Below are positions 10,750-20,725 of a DNA stretch of 64,000 nt, piece after piece. The DNA comes from Andalucia godoyi And28 (lineage: Eukaryota; Protista; Jakobida). The notes beneath the pieces are model-generated. The model saw only the letters and a program-made list of their open reading frames with translations. It was not told the DNA's origin and made no database searches. The stretch lies in contig VRVR01000038.1 in the NCBI GenBank assembly GCA_009859145.1, forward strand, positions 1 through 64,000. The letters are read 5' to 3'. The position numbers were made by a program, and so were the translations under genes. Position 1 is the first letter of the stretch. The number at the start of each line of letters is the position of its first letter.

Positions 10750-10770
10750 AAAACCCTAGGCTAGGGTTTT
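10750..10770. promoter_or_regulatory. Palindromic double telo-box AAAACCCTAG-G-CTAGGGTTTT upstream of RPL22
   Basis: Perfect 10-bp inverted repeat with a 1-nt spacer, about 190 bp upstream of the RPL22 ATG; contains AAACCCTA on both strands. Confidence 0.5.
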
Positions 10771-10961
10771 AGGAGCATCCTGGCTGTTTCTGCACCAGCA
10801 ATAGTCCCTAATTGGTTTCAATGACAGTTTATTTTGGATTATTTTTCAATTCCTGATTCCTTTTCTTCCTCGTTGTTTTTCTGTTCTTCTGTTTTTCCTT
10901 CTTCTCTCTTCTCGTCAGTGCGTAGAGTTCATCCTTTTGCGTGCATCACTTGATCAATAGA

Positions 10962-11327
10962 ATGGTTTCTCGTCCCAAGACCAAGCGCCCCTCCAAGGTT
11001 GTTGTTGTTGATGCATCAATCCCCGTTGCCGACTCCGTTTTCGACGTTCAGGCCTTCAAGACCTTCCTTGAGCAGCGCATCAAGGTGAACGGCAAGGCTG
11101 GAAACCTTGGAGAGTCCGTCTCTGTCGAGTCCACTCCGTCACAGGTCTCTGTTACCGCCAAGCCAGGCACCAAGCTTCCGAAGCGGTATGTGAAGTACCT
11201 CACCAAGAAGTTCTTGAAGAAGGATAACACTCGTGATATCTTCCGTGTGATTGCCTCTGACAAGAAGACGTACTCTATCAAGTACTTGAACATCGGCCAG
11301 GACGACGAGGAGGAACAGTCTGAGTAA
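10962..11327 (+). CDS. RPL22: 60S ribosomal protein L22 (eL22)
   Basis: FKTFLEQRIKVNGKAGNLG, KRYVKYLTKKFLKK..RDIFRVIASDK.TYSIKYLNI, acidic tail. Confidence 0.95.
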   Translation: MVSRPKTKRPSKVVVVDASIPVADSVFDVQAFKTFLEQRIKVNGKAGNLGESVSVESTPSQVSVTAKPGTKLPKRYVKYLTKKFLKKDNTRDIFRVIASDKKTYSIKYLNIGQDDEEEQSE

Positions 11328-11689
11328 AAGTGATCTGATCTTTTTCTTTTCTTTTCTTTTCCTTGTCATGCTGCCTGCTGTACGTAAATCATCGGAGATT
11401 GCAACCTTTTCTTCCCAGTCTGGAAGGCCCAACACAAAAGACACATGCCGACCGACGACTCCTCGGCAGTCTTCTTGCACACGATCATCAATCTCGCAAA
11501 CAGAAGAAGGCAGTGCAAAAAAGGACGTTGTCAAAAGACGAATCAGCACCCCATTTTTTCCTGAATTATCCGTAGCTTGACCACTCTGCAATTTCAAAGG
11601 GGGAAGGGGAAAACGAAAAGAAAGAGAAGAAAAGAAAAAGAAAAAAATACACGCTGCAGCTTTGCATTAGTATTTTGTGTTGCGTTTGA

Positions 11690-14191
11690 ATGAGTGGCCG
11701 ATCGCCTCTTCGATCAAGCGCCCGCAGCCCCGCCGCCGTTCAGCCTGTGCAGTGGCTCTTTAACGTTCTTCATCCTATATATGCCGAGTTCATTAGCCTG
11801 CCTTCCGACTCGCTGGTTGAGTATCTTTCCCGTACCATTGCATTTCAGTTTGGTTCCGAGGCGGTGGAAGAGATCTTGGGTGCTTTTGACATTTCGCTAT
11901 CGATCAACCGACATTCGAATTGGGAACTGGCCGTCGTCTCGAGGTTCCATCAGGGAGAATACGACATTTCCGGGTATCTGTTCTTTACATTCGGGAAGCA
12001 GTTGCTCGCAAAACGTTCTCCGTCGGGATCACTCAGAAAGGACCACGTGTTCATCAAGGCGTTTGCAAAGGATTGGTTCTCCATGCTCGGAAGAATCGAT
12101 GCAGCAAAAGTTGCAACTGTATTTTCAACCCGATTCATCACTACCGACATGAAAGTGATCGATCTGTTTGTCACGGGGATTGCGCTCTTCTATGACGTTT
12201 GGAGACAAACGAACATTGTGGATTTTGAGGCACTTAAGGATCGAGTATGCGTCCGAAATCCTTCCAGAAAGACCCGCTCGATATCTCCCAGTCCGCAGCG
12301 CGTGGTATCGTCCATTTCAACCCCGCCCCCGAATGCCTCCGCATCGCCGATCACCAGGTCCAGAACACCGACTGTTTGTTACCGTTCGCCAAGCACTCCG
12401 TCCCCTACTTCTTCCCAGCGAGCATCTGTAGATTCAAATGCTTCTTCGTCTGCCAATTCGGCAGCTGCCTTGGCAACTGGCTTGGGCATTCAGAATTGTG
12501 TCGAGTGGTGGGAGCTGTATGCCGGAGTAACTCCGCCTCCTACGATGTCCCTGGAAGACCGGATCGATAATATCATTCGATACTATGCTTCGAAACCCGG
12601 AGTTGCCGCAAAGGGCCTCCATCGTGCGAATCAGACTGATCATCCGGGAGCGTGTGACATACAGACGCAGTGCGCTTATGAGTCCATGAAGCTGGCAGAG
12701 TTTTCCACGCAGACTGCGCATGCAGCCGTTTGCGATGCGATGGTGGGGACTGCTCCCCGCTCCGTCGTGCACCAGCATCTGGGTCCTGATTCTGCTGGCG
12801 CCTTTGACGCCTCCACCCATACGTACGGGCTCGTGCAGTTTCTTGAAAAGTCAGTCAGCTGTCGAGCACCCATTCAATCTCTAGAAGTCCAAACAGACGC
12901 GCTGGAAGCTGCAGAAACTGGCATTTCGGCGGTTGTTGGCTCCCGCGACGTGGGTTGCGATCCCGAGATCAGGAATCTGGTGGCTCCTGATACTCCGGAC
13001 CTCACAACAAAAATAGATGCATTTGATAGAGGTTTGCAGACAGATTTCGTAGAAAAGGACTATTCCAATTTGAAATCCATCGGCGTCACTACCGTTTCGC
13101 CGGGGATGGTGGATGAAGGAGTCATTGCACGTCCACAAGTCAAGGAGAGCGCAATGAATGCTGCTGCCCAAGCGTTGCCAGCATCGTCTGGGACAGAGGA
13201 CTTGTGTTCGTGCATTCTCATGGAGCGGGACCGCGTGTCGTCCATTGAGCAGTTTAGTGATAGTATGCTGGCATTCTCGACAGCATCAGACAAGAGACTA
13301 GAAATGCTGTCGTCGCGGATCGACCGCTTCCAACTCCTTCTGACTCGCGGACTCACCAATCTCTTTTTCAAGGTCGCCCGGGAGCGCGAGTTGTACATTC
13401 AGAGTATTCACACCATCTCAAAGGAGTTGCAATCGGAACGCGACTCCTTTGATCGAAGCAAGAAGCTCGCATTTCATCATCTCCAGGAGCTCAAATCAAG
13501 TTGCGATGCGGAAATCGAGCGTCTGGGATCCAAGCTTTCCGAGGTGTCCTCCAAACTTGCGGACGCGCATCGGAAGGGCGAGGGGCTCGAAGCGCAAATT
13601 CAGAGATTGAAACCCGGCGGAGAAGATTTCTTAGCCTCGATGGAGATCGAAATGCGGCGACAAAAGTTGCGAGCTTGCCGACTTTGTGATGTCAAGCGGT
13701 TGGTGGCGCTGCGCTGTCTTTCCTCCGCGACCGCCTCCTCCAATTCTTCAAATCCAAACGTTGTGTTGAGCGCTCCGCAAATTGAGGACTTGGCCCTGTT
13801 CTTCACAATTTCTGATATGGGCTCAGATCTGCGATCTTTCTTTTACAAGTCCGAGGTGGTACGCGGTTCGCGCGCACCGCAGTGGAAAGAGATCCCACTG
13901 AATTCGTTGAGCGGAAATGATGGACAAGCGGCTTCGTTTTTGGTTCGCATTTTCGATTCAAAGAAGCTTGTTCCTCGGAGGGAGGCTTTGGTATCAGAGC
14001 AATGGATCAACCTTGCTTCGTTGACACCATACTCGTCTGAGAAGGATTATTTTGACAAGGAATCGATCACTAAGAACGTCGAAGAAGATTCGGAGAAACG
14101 AGCATTGGAAAGCGGTCTGGTGCGGTACCATCTGGTGTTGCTAACCATTGGAAATCAAATTTATTACTGTCCGCTTCTCACCAGTTCGTAA
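11690..14191 (+). CDS. 833-aa protein with a Ser/Pro-rich region, repeated xxQT-like motifs, coiled coil and C-terminal UVRAG-like C2 domain
   Basis: Long open ORF. C-terminal LFFTIS..FFYKSEVVRGSRAPQW..FLVRIFD resembles the UVRAG/Vps38 C2 domain. Confidence 0.7.
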   Translation: MSGRSPLRSSARSPAAVQPVQWLFNVLHPIYAEFISLPSDSLVEYLSRTIAFQFGSEAVEEILGAFDISLSINRHSNWELAVVSRFHQGEYDISGYLFFTFGKQLLAKRSPSGSLRKDHVFIKAFAKDWFSMLGRIDAAKVATVFSTRFITTDMKVIDLFVTGIALFYDVWRQTNIVDFEALKDRVCVRNPSRKTRSISPSPQRVVSSISTPPPNASASPITRSRTPTVCYRSPSTPSPTSSQRASVDSNASSSANSAAALATGLGIQNCVEWWELYAGVTPPPTMSLEDRIDNIIRYYASKPGVAAKGLHRANQTDHPGACDIQTQCAYESMKLAEFSTQTAHAAVCDAMVGTAPRSVVHQHLGPDSAGAFDASTHTYGLVQFLEKSVSCRAPIQSLEVQTDALEAAETGISAVVGSRDVGCDPEIRNLVAPDTPDLTTKIDAFDRGLQTDFVEKDYSNLKSIGVTTVSPGMVDEGVIARPQVKESAMNAAAQALPASSGTEDLCSCILMERDRVSSIEQFSDSMLAFSTASDKRLEMLSSRIDRFQLLLTRGLTNLFFKVARERELYIQSIHTISKELQSERDSFDRSKKLAFHHLQELKSSCDAEIERLGSKLSEVSSKLADAHRKGEGLEAQIQRLKPGGEDFLASMEIEMRRQKLRACRLCDVKRLVALRCLSSATASSNSSNPNVVLSAPQIEDLALFFTISDMGSDLRSFFYKSEVVRGSRAPQWKEIPLNSLSGNDGQAASFLVRIFDSKKLVPRREALVSEQWINLASLTPYSSEKDYFDKESITKNVEEDSEKRALESGLVRYHLVLLTIGNQIYYCPLLTSS

Positions 14192-14205
14192 TCCATGTAT
14201 TTACA

Positions 14206-14374
14206 CCGTTGCCACTTATTGCGATATGATGAAGCAATCTAAAGCGCACGTAAAAACAAAAACACACTGCCACGCGCCAAGCGCCTGCGCTTGTCATCTT
14301 AAGCAACTCCGTCACACGATGCCGGATTCGTTTCGCCCCATTTTGATCATGAAACTCCTATACACACGCCGCCG
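14206..14374 (-). mobile_element. Dispersed ~170-bp structured repeat, family E copy 1 (possible TnpB/Fanzor 3' end with omegaRNA)
   Basis: Clearly aligns with 57556-57728. Hairpin CAAGCGC-CT-GCGCTTG; minus frame FHDQNGAKRIRHR. Confidence 0.5.
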
Positions 14375-14454
14375 GAAAGATCCGCAGCATCCACGCCGGC
14401 TCCCATCGCATGCACTGCCTCGCAGACGTCGGAGGAAGATAACAGGAACGCCTG

Positions 14455-15693
14455 TTACTTGGATTGTTGGTGAGAAGAATGACCGTCCTCTCCGCCGAAA
14501 GCAAGTTGTCGATGCCTGGTCTTGACGCCCGCAAGAGACCTACCAAGGTTTCGGGCAACAATCGCCCAAGCATAGTCATCAATCGGACGAATTATTTCGA
14601 CTTGGCGCATCAGCTCTGCTTCCTCGTGCGGCAACCACTTGTGTTTGTTTCGAGACAATGACTGATATGTCATGGACAGCAACATCGGTGCCTTGGACGA
14701 AGACGCAGCATGCCTAAACATCTTTTCCCCTTTGGGGTTCTTGACACCGTCGGCGTCCGCTGCATCGGCGACGTCTCTCTTTTCCGACAGCATCTTCCTC
14801 TTCTTTTTTTGCTCGCCATCAACGATTGCAAACATTTCAGGCGCCTGCTCTTTCTTGCGAGCTGTAACTGCGACAGAATCCGAAACACCGGACGAATCAG
14901 TAGCAGCAGCTGTCGCAGGAATTTTCCCAGTGGCTTCGTAATGATCAAAAATATTATATGGATCGCCCGCTCGACCATCCGTCACGTGCCGGATACGTTG
15001 AGAGCTCGTAGAAGGCTCTGTTTGAATCGCAAGAGAGGCTTTTTGGGGCGGGGTGCGTCCCTTTTCCTTATTGTGTATTTCTAAAGCACCTATGGCAACC
15101 GCTCTGTCGTGTGTCTGCTGCTGTGACGTTGATTGCAAGGAATCGATCAGTTGGTCAAGCTCTGAGCTCTCGGATATCGCATCCTCGAAATGCTCAGAAT
15201 CTTCACTGCTGCTCGATGATGTACACGAACCGACACTACTGTTACTACTCGAAGAGGAAGAGGAAGAGGAAGAGGAAGAGGAAGAGGAAGAGGAAGAGGA
15301 AGAGGAAGAGGACATCTGAGAAAGGACGGCCTCCGTTGTGTCTTCAAGATGATTCGTTGCTAAGCATGCATTCGTCACTGTCCGTCGGTCAAGGATTGTA
15401 CTACCATCTTCATGATCTTCCAAATTGAAATGCAACGGTTGACCAGCCCCAGACGAAAACGAAGGACGGAATGAAACTGGGATTGCAGTCGGCACTGGAG
15501 CCGGAAAGCCGGAGCCTGGGTGCTGTGGAATCGCAAAATTGTCAGGAGGCGGAACACAGAATACAAGGAAAGGAAATGGGCGCTGGAAAGGATAGCTTCG
15601 TGCCTGACCATTTGCGCAAACATCAACATTCAGACCATTTCCATCGTCCGACAGCGCCATGTTCAAACTGAACGAATATTTTCCTTCGCTCAT
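14455..15693 (-). CDS. Myb/SANT-like domain protein with poly-Ser tract
   Basis: C-terminal KHKWLPHEEAELMRQVE..WAIVARNLGRSLAGVKTRHRQL; upstream KKKRK NLS-like patch. Confidence 0.7.
   Translation of the reverse strand: MSEGKYSFSLNMALSDDGNGLNVDVCANGQARSYPFQRPFPFLVFCVPPPDNFAIPQHPGSGFPAPVPTAIPVSFRPSFSSGAGQPLHFNLEDHEDGSTILDRRTVTNACLATNHLEDTTEAVLSQMSSSSSSSSSSSSSSSSSSSSSSSNSSVGSCTSSSSSEDSEHFEDAISESSELDQLIDSLQSTSQQQTHDRAVAIGALEIHNKEKGRTPPQKASLAIQTEPSTSSQRIRHVTDGRAGDPYNIFDHYEATGKIPATAAATDSSGVSDSVAVTARKKEQAPEMFAIVDGEQKKKRKMLSEKRDVADAADADGVKNPKGEKMFRHAASSSKAPMLLSMTYQSLSRNKHKWLPHEEAELMRQVEIIRPIDDYAWAIVARNLGRSLAGVKTRHRQLAFGGEDGHSSHQQSK
15251..15311. repeat. (GAAGAG)n hexanucleotide repeat encoding poly-Ser in the Myb-like gene
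   Basis: Direct reading. Confidence 0.9.
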
Positions 15694-16095
15694 CTTTCTA
15701 CTCGATGCCTCACGACTTCCTCGCTGTTCCGTTATCTATTTTCAACCGACTCCGTTTTCTTCCACCTTCTCTCACCTTCCTTCGCGCACTTTTTCTCGCA
15801 CTAACTTGTCGTTCAGAAATGAAATTTTAGTTGAAAAAAAAGTACTAATCAACACAGAGGCAAATGTGAATGAAGATCCAAGTCGTAGACAGCGATAGGA
15901 ATAATATCGCGGACTTCGGACATTTGAGTCCGTCTTTCTCTCAGACTTGAGTCTGTCAACCCCTTCAACCCTGCCAGGCCCGCCGATGCGAAAACGCATG
16001 TTTCGGTAATGTGCACACACTGGACATCTGCCGAACACTGCCTATAGTCCGCTCGGTAAGCAATAGGCTATTAGCAGAAAGCCAAGGAGTGTTGA

Positions 16096-16694
16096 ATGGA
16101 TCGCAGCGAGCTGTCGGATCCTGTTACCGCAGAAGCTGCTTTGCGAAACTCCAAAGATCTGTGTCTCGTATTTGGATGTTCTCCAGACTCGCCATTCTTT
16201 TCATCTTCGTATGCTTCCTATCCCTGTTTTTTTAATTTTAATTTTAAATTTTTACATATAAAAAATTTAGAGGCATTATCATCGTCATGCGGGTAGCTTT
16301 TTGTCTTGACACATCCTTAATCTGGCACTTACGCCTTTTTTTTTTTTTTTTTTTTTTTTTGGTTTTTCCATTCGTGGTATCGGTTGGGTCTTGTAGGGTT
16401 TCCAGCTTGCATGATGCAAAAGCTCGGTATCCAGGATCGGGAATCACGATCATATGTGTCGACACGCTCCGCCACCGCGCGTACGCCGAGAGTCTCTCTG
16501 TGTTCCCGTCCATGCCTTTTCTGATGGCCTCGTACGATGGCAAGACGGTAACTTTCCGGAAGCAGGGCTCGCCGAGTGGTCCACTGCGATTTGGACCCGT
16601 CAGCTACAAAGCAATCGACGATATTGTTGCAAAATATGCATCGAATTCAAGCTCTGCAGCTTCCGAGGACCGCCAAGTCGTTGTATCCTATTGA
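16096..16694 (+). CDS. Spliced thioredoxin-fold protein lacking CxxC: join(16096..16208,16397..16694)
   Basis: GTATGC donor at 16209 and TGTAG acceptor ending 16396 keep the frame (TC+G = Ser). Product LCLVFGCSPDSPFF..ARYPGSGITIICVD..AESLSVFPSMP matches Trx topology. Confidence 0.6.
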
Positions 16695-16978
16695 GTCTTG
16701 TTCCTCTTCCTCTTCCTGCCATCATTATCATTATCACTATCATCATTGTCATTATCATCATTGTTGTTGTCATTTTATGTTTATACCCGCTTGATTGTTT
16801 TACTTCGTCTGCTCTTCTGGCGCTGAAAGCGTCTGTTCATTGTACAATGCGTGACATTCCCGGGCAGATAAACATGCTACATGTCATTTCCCGCTCCTCG
16901 ACCCGATTCCGAGCACTTTGGGACAGAATACTGTGTATAACGGTACATGTGCGACTCATGAGCATCCCGTTCGAGTTC

Positions 16979-17051
16979 ACCCGGTTAGCTCAGTCGGTAG
17001 AGCATGAGACTCTTAATCTCAGGGTCGTGGGTTCGACCCCCACATTGGGTG
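16979..17051 (+). tRNA. tRNA-Lys (anticodon CTT)
   Basis: 73 nt; acceptor stem ACCCGGT/ATTGGGT; anticodon arm TGAGA-CTCTTAA-TCTCA; T arm GTGGG-TTCGACC-CCCAC; downstream T6 Pol III terminator. Confidence 0.97.
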
Positions 17052-17402
17052 CTAATTTTTTGTGTGTTTTTTTGTTTTGGGGGGGGTGGCTTTCCGGTTG
17101 CTGGGACGGTGGTGTACAGGCAGCATGGCAAATGTACAGGAAGAACAACACCATCGTCATTCTTCGCAGCCCCGCAAGCATCCTCTTGCTCTGCACTCCC
17201 CGGTTCACATTTGTACTTGTATTTCTGTGTTCTGTTGATTGCGTCTCCCACAGTGGGGCTTGTTCTTTTTGGCGAAAATTTCTTGATTGTGTTGTGCAGT
17301 TTTGACTCTGTTCTCTAATTTATTTATTTTCTCGTTCCCGTGTCTTCGTCTGTCCCTGTCCCTGTCCCTGTCCCTGCCGCTGTTCTTCTTCTTCTTCTTC
17401 TG

Positions 17403-17434
<32 letters not shown>

Positions 17435-17436
17435 TA

Positions 17437-20265
17437 ATGTATGAAAACTGCGCTCCAGGTGGTTTCAATCATGGCGATATTGCATACATGGCGTTCGCAA
17501 CCACAGTTGTTTTCCTCATGACACCCGCCATGGGGCTTGCCCAAGCTGGCTTTCTGCGGCGCAAAAACTCCCTGACAATGTTGATGCAGGTGATGTCCGG
17601 GTGCACAATTGGCTCTCTTTTGTGGTTTCTACTAGGATTCACCATGACGTTTGGAGACTCGGTGGGGGGATTCATCGGCAATCTTGATTGGGCGCTCATG
17701 ATCAATCTTCCGTTTGATGACTGCGTTCCGCACTTGTCTGCCAACACAATTCCGTCCACTATTTTTGCCTTGTATCAGTGCATGTTTGCAATTGGCACTC
17801 CTCTGATTGTTTCTGGGGCATGGGCGGAGAAGATCGAGTACAAGGCGTATATTATCTTCATTGTCATGTTCCCCATCTTTGTGTATTACCCGCTTGCCCA
17901 CTGGATCTGGAATTCTGGTGGCTGGCTGTTTCAAATGGGACTCATGGACTTTTCCGGTGGACTCGTCATTCATGCCTCTGCGGGGATATCAGGGTTTGTA
18001 ATGGCCTCTGTCCTCCAGCGAAGGCTTCACCACAAAAAGCTCATCCAATCGCAAATCCATCACAACTTGCCAATATCTGTGCTTGGTGGCGCACTCATCT
18101 GGGCCGGTTGGATGTCGTTCAACGCCGGTTCTGCGTACGCCGCGAATTTTCAGGCGACGACTGCAGTGTTCAACACACACATGGCGGCGTGCTCTGCAGG
18201 ACTGGCTGTCACCATCCTTGCATACTTGGAAGACGGACATTGGCATCTCACAGAAATCATTAACGGCACCCTTGCCGGCTGCGCAACCATGACGCCCGGA
18301 TCAGGCTATGTCAAGCCGTGGGCGTCATTGATTTACGGGACCGTCGGAGGTTCGTCGGCGTTCTTCACAGCTCGCTTGGTGAAGCGGCGATGGGGAATTG
18401 ACGACGTGCTCGATGTAACAGCATTGCAAGGGATTCCTGGAACAGTCGGTGCACTGCTGACGGCATTTTTCGCGTGCTCCGAGGTTTCCACGGTGGATCC
18501 GGACGACGTGGGCCCAAACGGGATTTTCTATGGTGGCGAAGCCAAGGTATTTGGCGTTCAGCTACTGGGCTCGGTCGTCACGTGGGGCTGGGCGGCGTTT
18601 GTCACATACCTGATTAGCATAGTCATCTCCAAGACGGTTGGTCTTGATGTGTCGCCGGAAGTGGAAGAAATGGGTCTTGATAAGGCCCAGATTGGCGAAT
18701 CCGCATATGACCAAGAGTTGCACATGCTTCTTGATCTCGGTGCTGATACGTTGACAATCAAGCTTTGCGAAGCGGCTGCTGCCGGGGATCTCGGTGAAGT
18801 GAAAAATTTGTGCTCGCATGGGGCAGATCCATCAAGAGGAGATTTTGATGGCCGAACGCCACTCCACCTGGCTGCTTGCGAAAACCAGCTCGTGGTAGCG
18901 AGGTATTTATTGGACAACTATCGTGGCGTTGTCGACGTGAATGCAATAGACAAGTTTGGACGCACGCCATTGGAAGATGCCCTGTCGCATGGACGTGAAG
19001 AAATAGCAAGGTTTTTGGGGGACCGAGGCGGCCGTGTCCACGATCCCTCCTGCTTTACACCATTAATTTGCATGGCTGCTGCTCACGGAAGATATGATGA
19101 GATTGAGAGAATTGTCAGGCTCGGGGGAATGGACGTGAAGGTGAATTCAGATTATGACAAGCGCACTCCATTGATGATCGCAGCTTCCGAGGGGTATGCG
19201 GACATTGTGAAGTTGCTACTGCAGTATGGAGCCGATCCGCGGCAAACGGATCGATTCGGTGGCACAGCGTTTTCTGATGCGACGCTTTTCAACCACCCTG
19301 AAGTTGCTCAATTGCTTCAGCTTGCTTTGGACGGTCAGCTTGACCAGGTACCTCCAGAGACGAACACGCTGTCGTCACGCAGGGCTTCCAAGAAAGGTGC
19401 TTCTTCGGATAGCGATCCCTTTGCACGTTTGAGCTCAATTTCATCATCTGCGTCATGCGTTTCTTTGCTGTCCGGCACTGTACCGCCATTGTCGTCCAGC
19501 GGGCTCGCATCTGCAACAGACTCGCGAAGGGCGGTTCTCACAGCTTCCGTTCGCGAGAGCTGTGCAGCTGCATCTTCTGGAGACATCAGTGAATTGAAGA
19601 GAATCGTCAAGAAAGGCGGTGATCCGTCTCTCGGAAATTACGATGGAAGGACACCGCTGCATCTAGCTGCAGCGGGCGGTCATTATGCTGTTGTTCAGTT
19701 CTTGCTGTCGCCCGTGTGTCGCGAGGTCAATGTTAATGCCATGGATCGGTGGAAGCAGACTCCCTTAGCAGAAGCCATTCGCCACGACAATCTGGCGATT
19801 GCGCAGCTGCTGAGGCAGCACGGTGCGACCATCATTCATGCTGAACTGGGCTACTGTCTGTGCAGCGCTGCTTCCAAAGGCGATATCGCTGAGCTGCAGA
19901 TGATGCTTGCGACGGGTGCGGATTTGAACGCCTCCGACTATGACGGACGAACCGCGATGCATTTGGCTGCCGCCGAGGCTCAACAAGACACGATGGTGTG
20001 GCTCCTCAAGCATGGCGCGGATGCTTTTCCAAAAGACCGGTACGGTATGACTCCTCTCGACGATGCCAAGCGATACGGTAATAAGAAGATGATTCGTGTG
20101 CTTAAGGAATATGCGTCGCAGCTGGAACGCCAGGTCATGCACAATCAGACGGGGGTGACTCTGTCATCGGATGTTGGAAGCGACGATGTCATGCCTGCAG
20201 ACCAACAGCCAAATGCAGTGCGATTTCGCGGAGGATCATCAGCGAGTCCAGAAAGTCTCGTTTGA
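17437..20265 (+). CDS. Ammonium transporter (Amt/MEP) fused to a long C-terminal ankyrin-repeat region
   Basis: YQCMFA, DFSGGLVIH, GWMSFNAGS, NGTLAGCATMTPG, DDVLDV; then four blocks of DYDGRTPLHLAA / D-x-x-G-x-TP-type ankyrin repeats. Confidence 0.9.
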   Translation: MYENCAPGGFNHGDIAYMAFATTVVFLMTPAMGLAQAGFLRRKNSLTMLMQVMSGCTIGSLLWFLLGFTMTFGDSVGGFIGNLDWALMINLPFDDCVPHLSANTIPSTIFALYQCMFAIGTPLIVSGAWAEKIEYKAYIIFIVMFPIFVYYPLAHWIWNSGGWLFQMGLMDFSGGLVIHASAGISGFVMASVLQRRLHHKKLIQSQIHHNLPISVLGGALIWAGWMSFNAGSAYAANFQATTAVFNTHMAACSAGLAVTILAYLEDGHWHLTEIINGTLAGCATMTPGSGYVKPWASLIYGTVGGSSAFFTARLVKRRWGIDDVLDVTALQGIPGTVGALLTAFFACSEVSTVDPDDVGPNGIFYGGEAKVFGVQLLGSVVTWGWAAFVTYLISIVISKTVGLDVSPEVEEMGLDKAQIGESAYDQELHMLLDLGADTLTIKLCEAAAAGDLGEVKNLCSHGADPSRGDFDGRTPLHLAACENQLVVARYLLDNYRGVVDVNAIDKFGRTPLEDALSHGREEIARFLGDRGGRVHDPSCFTPLICMAAAHGRYDEIERIVRLGGMDVKVNSDYDKRTPLMIAASEGYADIVKLLLQYGADPRQTDRFGGTAFSDATLFNHPEVAQLLQLALDGQLDQVPPETNTLSSRRASKKGASSDSDPFARLSSISSSASCVSLLSGTVPPLSSSGLASATDSRRAVLTASVRESCAAASSGDISELKRIVKKGGDPSLGNYDGRTPLHLAAAGGHYAVVQFLLSPVCREVNVNAMDRWKQTPLAEAIRHDNLAIAQLLRQHGATIIHAELGYCLCSAASKGDIAELQMMLATGADLNASDYDGRTAMHLAAAEAQQDTMVWLLKHGADAFPKDRYGMTPLDDAKRYGNKKMIRVLKEYASQLERQVMHNQTGVTLSSDVGSDDVMPADQQPNAVRFRGGSSASPESLV

Positions 20266-20725
20266 TGGATCTGCAGTTTTGCCTGCGATGATGTTACCGC
20301 TCGCGCTTTCTCCGCACCTGCCATCCTCGCATGCCTACTGGTTTTTCAACGCGTTTTCTTTGTTTCTTCCTCGTCGCCGTGGGGGTTTTTTTTTTTTTTT
20401 TGGTGGCAAATCAGTGTGCCATTCTTGGAGACAGCACTGTTTTTTTATTTAATCGTGTTTACTGCTGACTTCCTGTTTCCATAAGAGAATACACCCATCC
20501 ATCCGTTCTTCACACCAAGTTTCTTGTGCACAACTGACGATCGGACGCACATCCATTCCAGAGCGTGCCGACTGAATCTGTTTCCTTCGTCATGTCAAAC
20601 AAATCTTTATATAGGATGTACTCCATTTTCTTACGATCTAACCAAAGTTATGTACATGCATCGCGTCCTTTTCCAGGACCCAAGTTCTTCGCCGTCGCGG
20701 TCGTTATCGCCATCCCTGCTGTTGT

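Noticed and set aside
14222-14232. ATGATGA box C suggesting a C/D snoRNA in family E
   Set aside because: No CTGA box D or terminal stem in either copy, and stems fold better on the opposite strand.
16454-17305. 283-aa ORF spanning the tRNA
   Set aside because: Overlaps the thioredoxin-like exon and tRNA-Lys; made of simple repeats.
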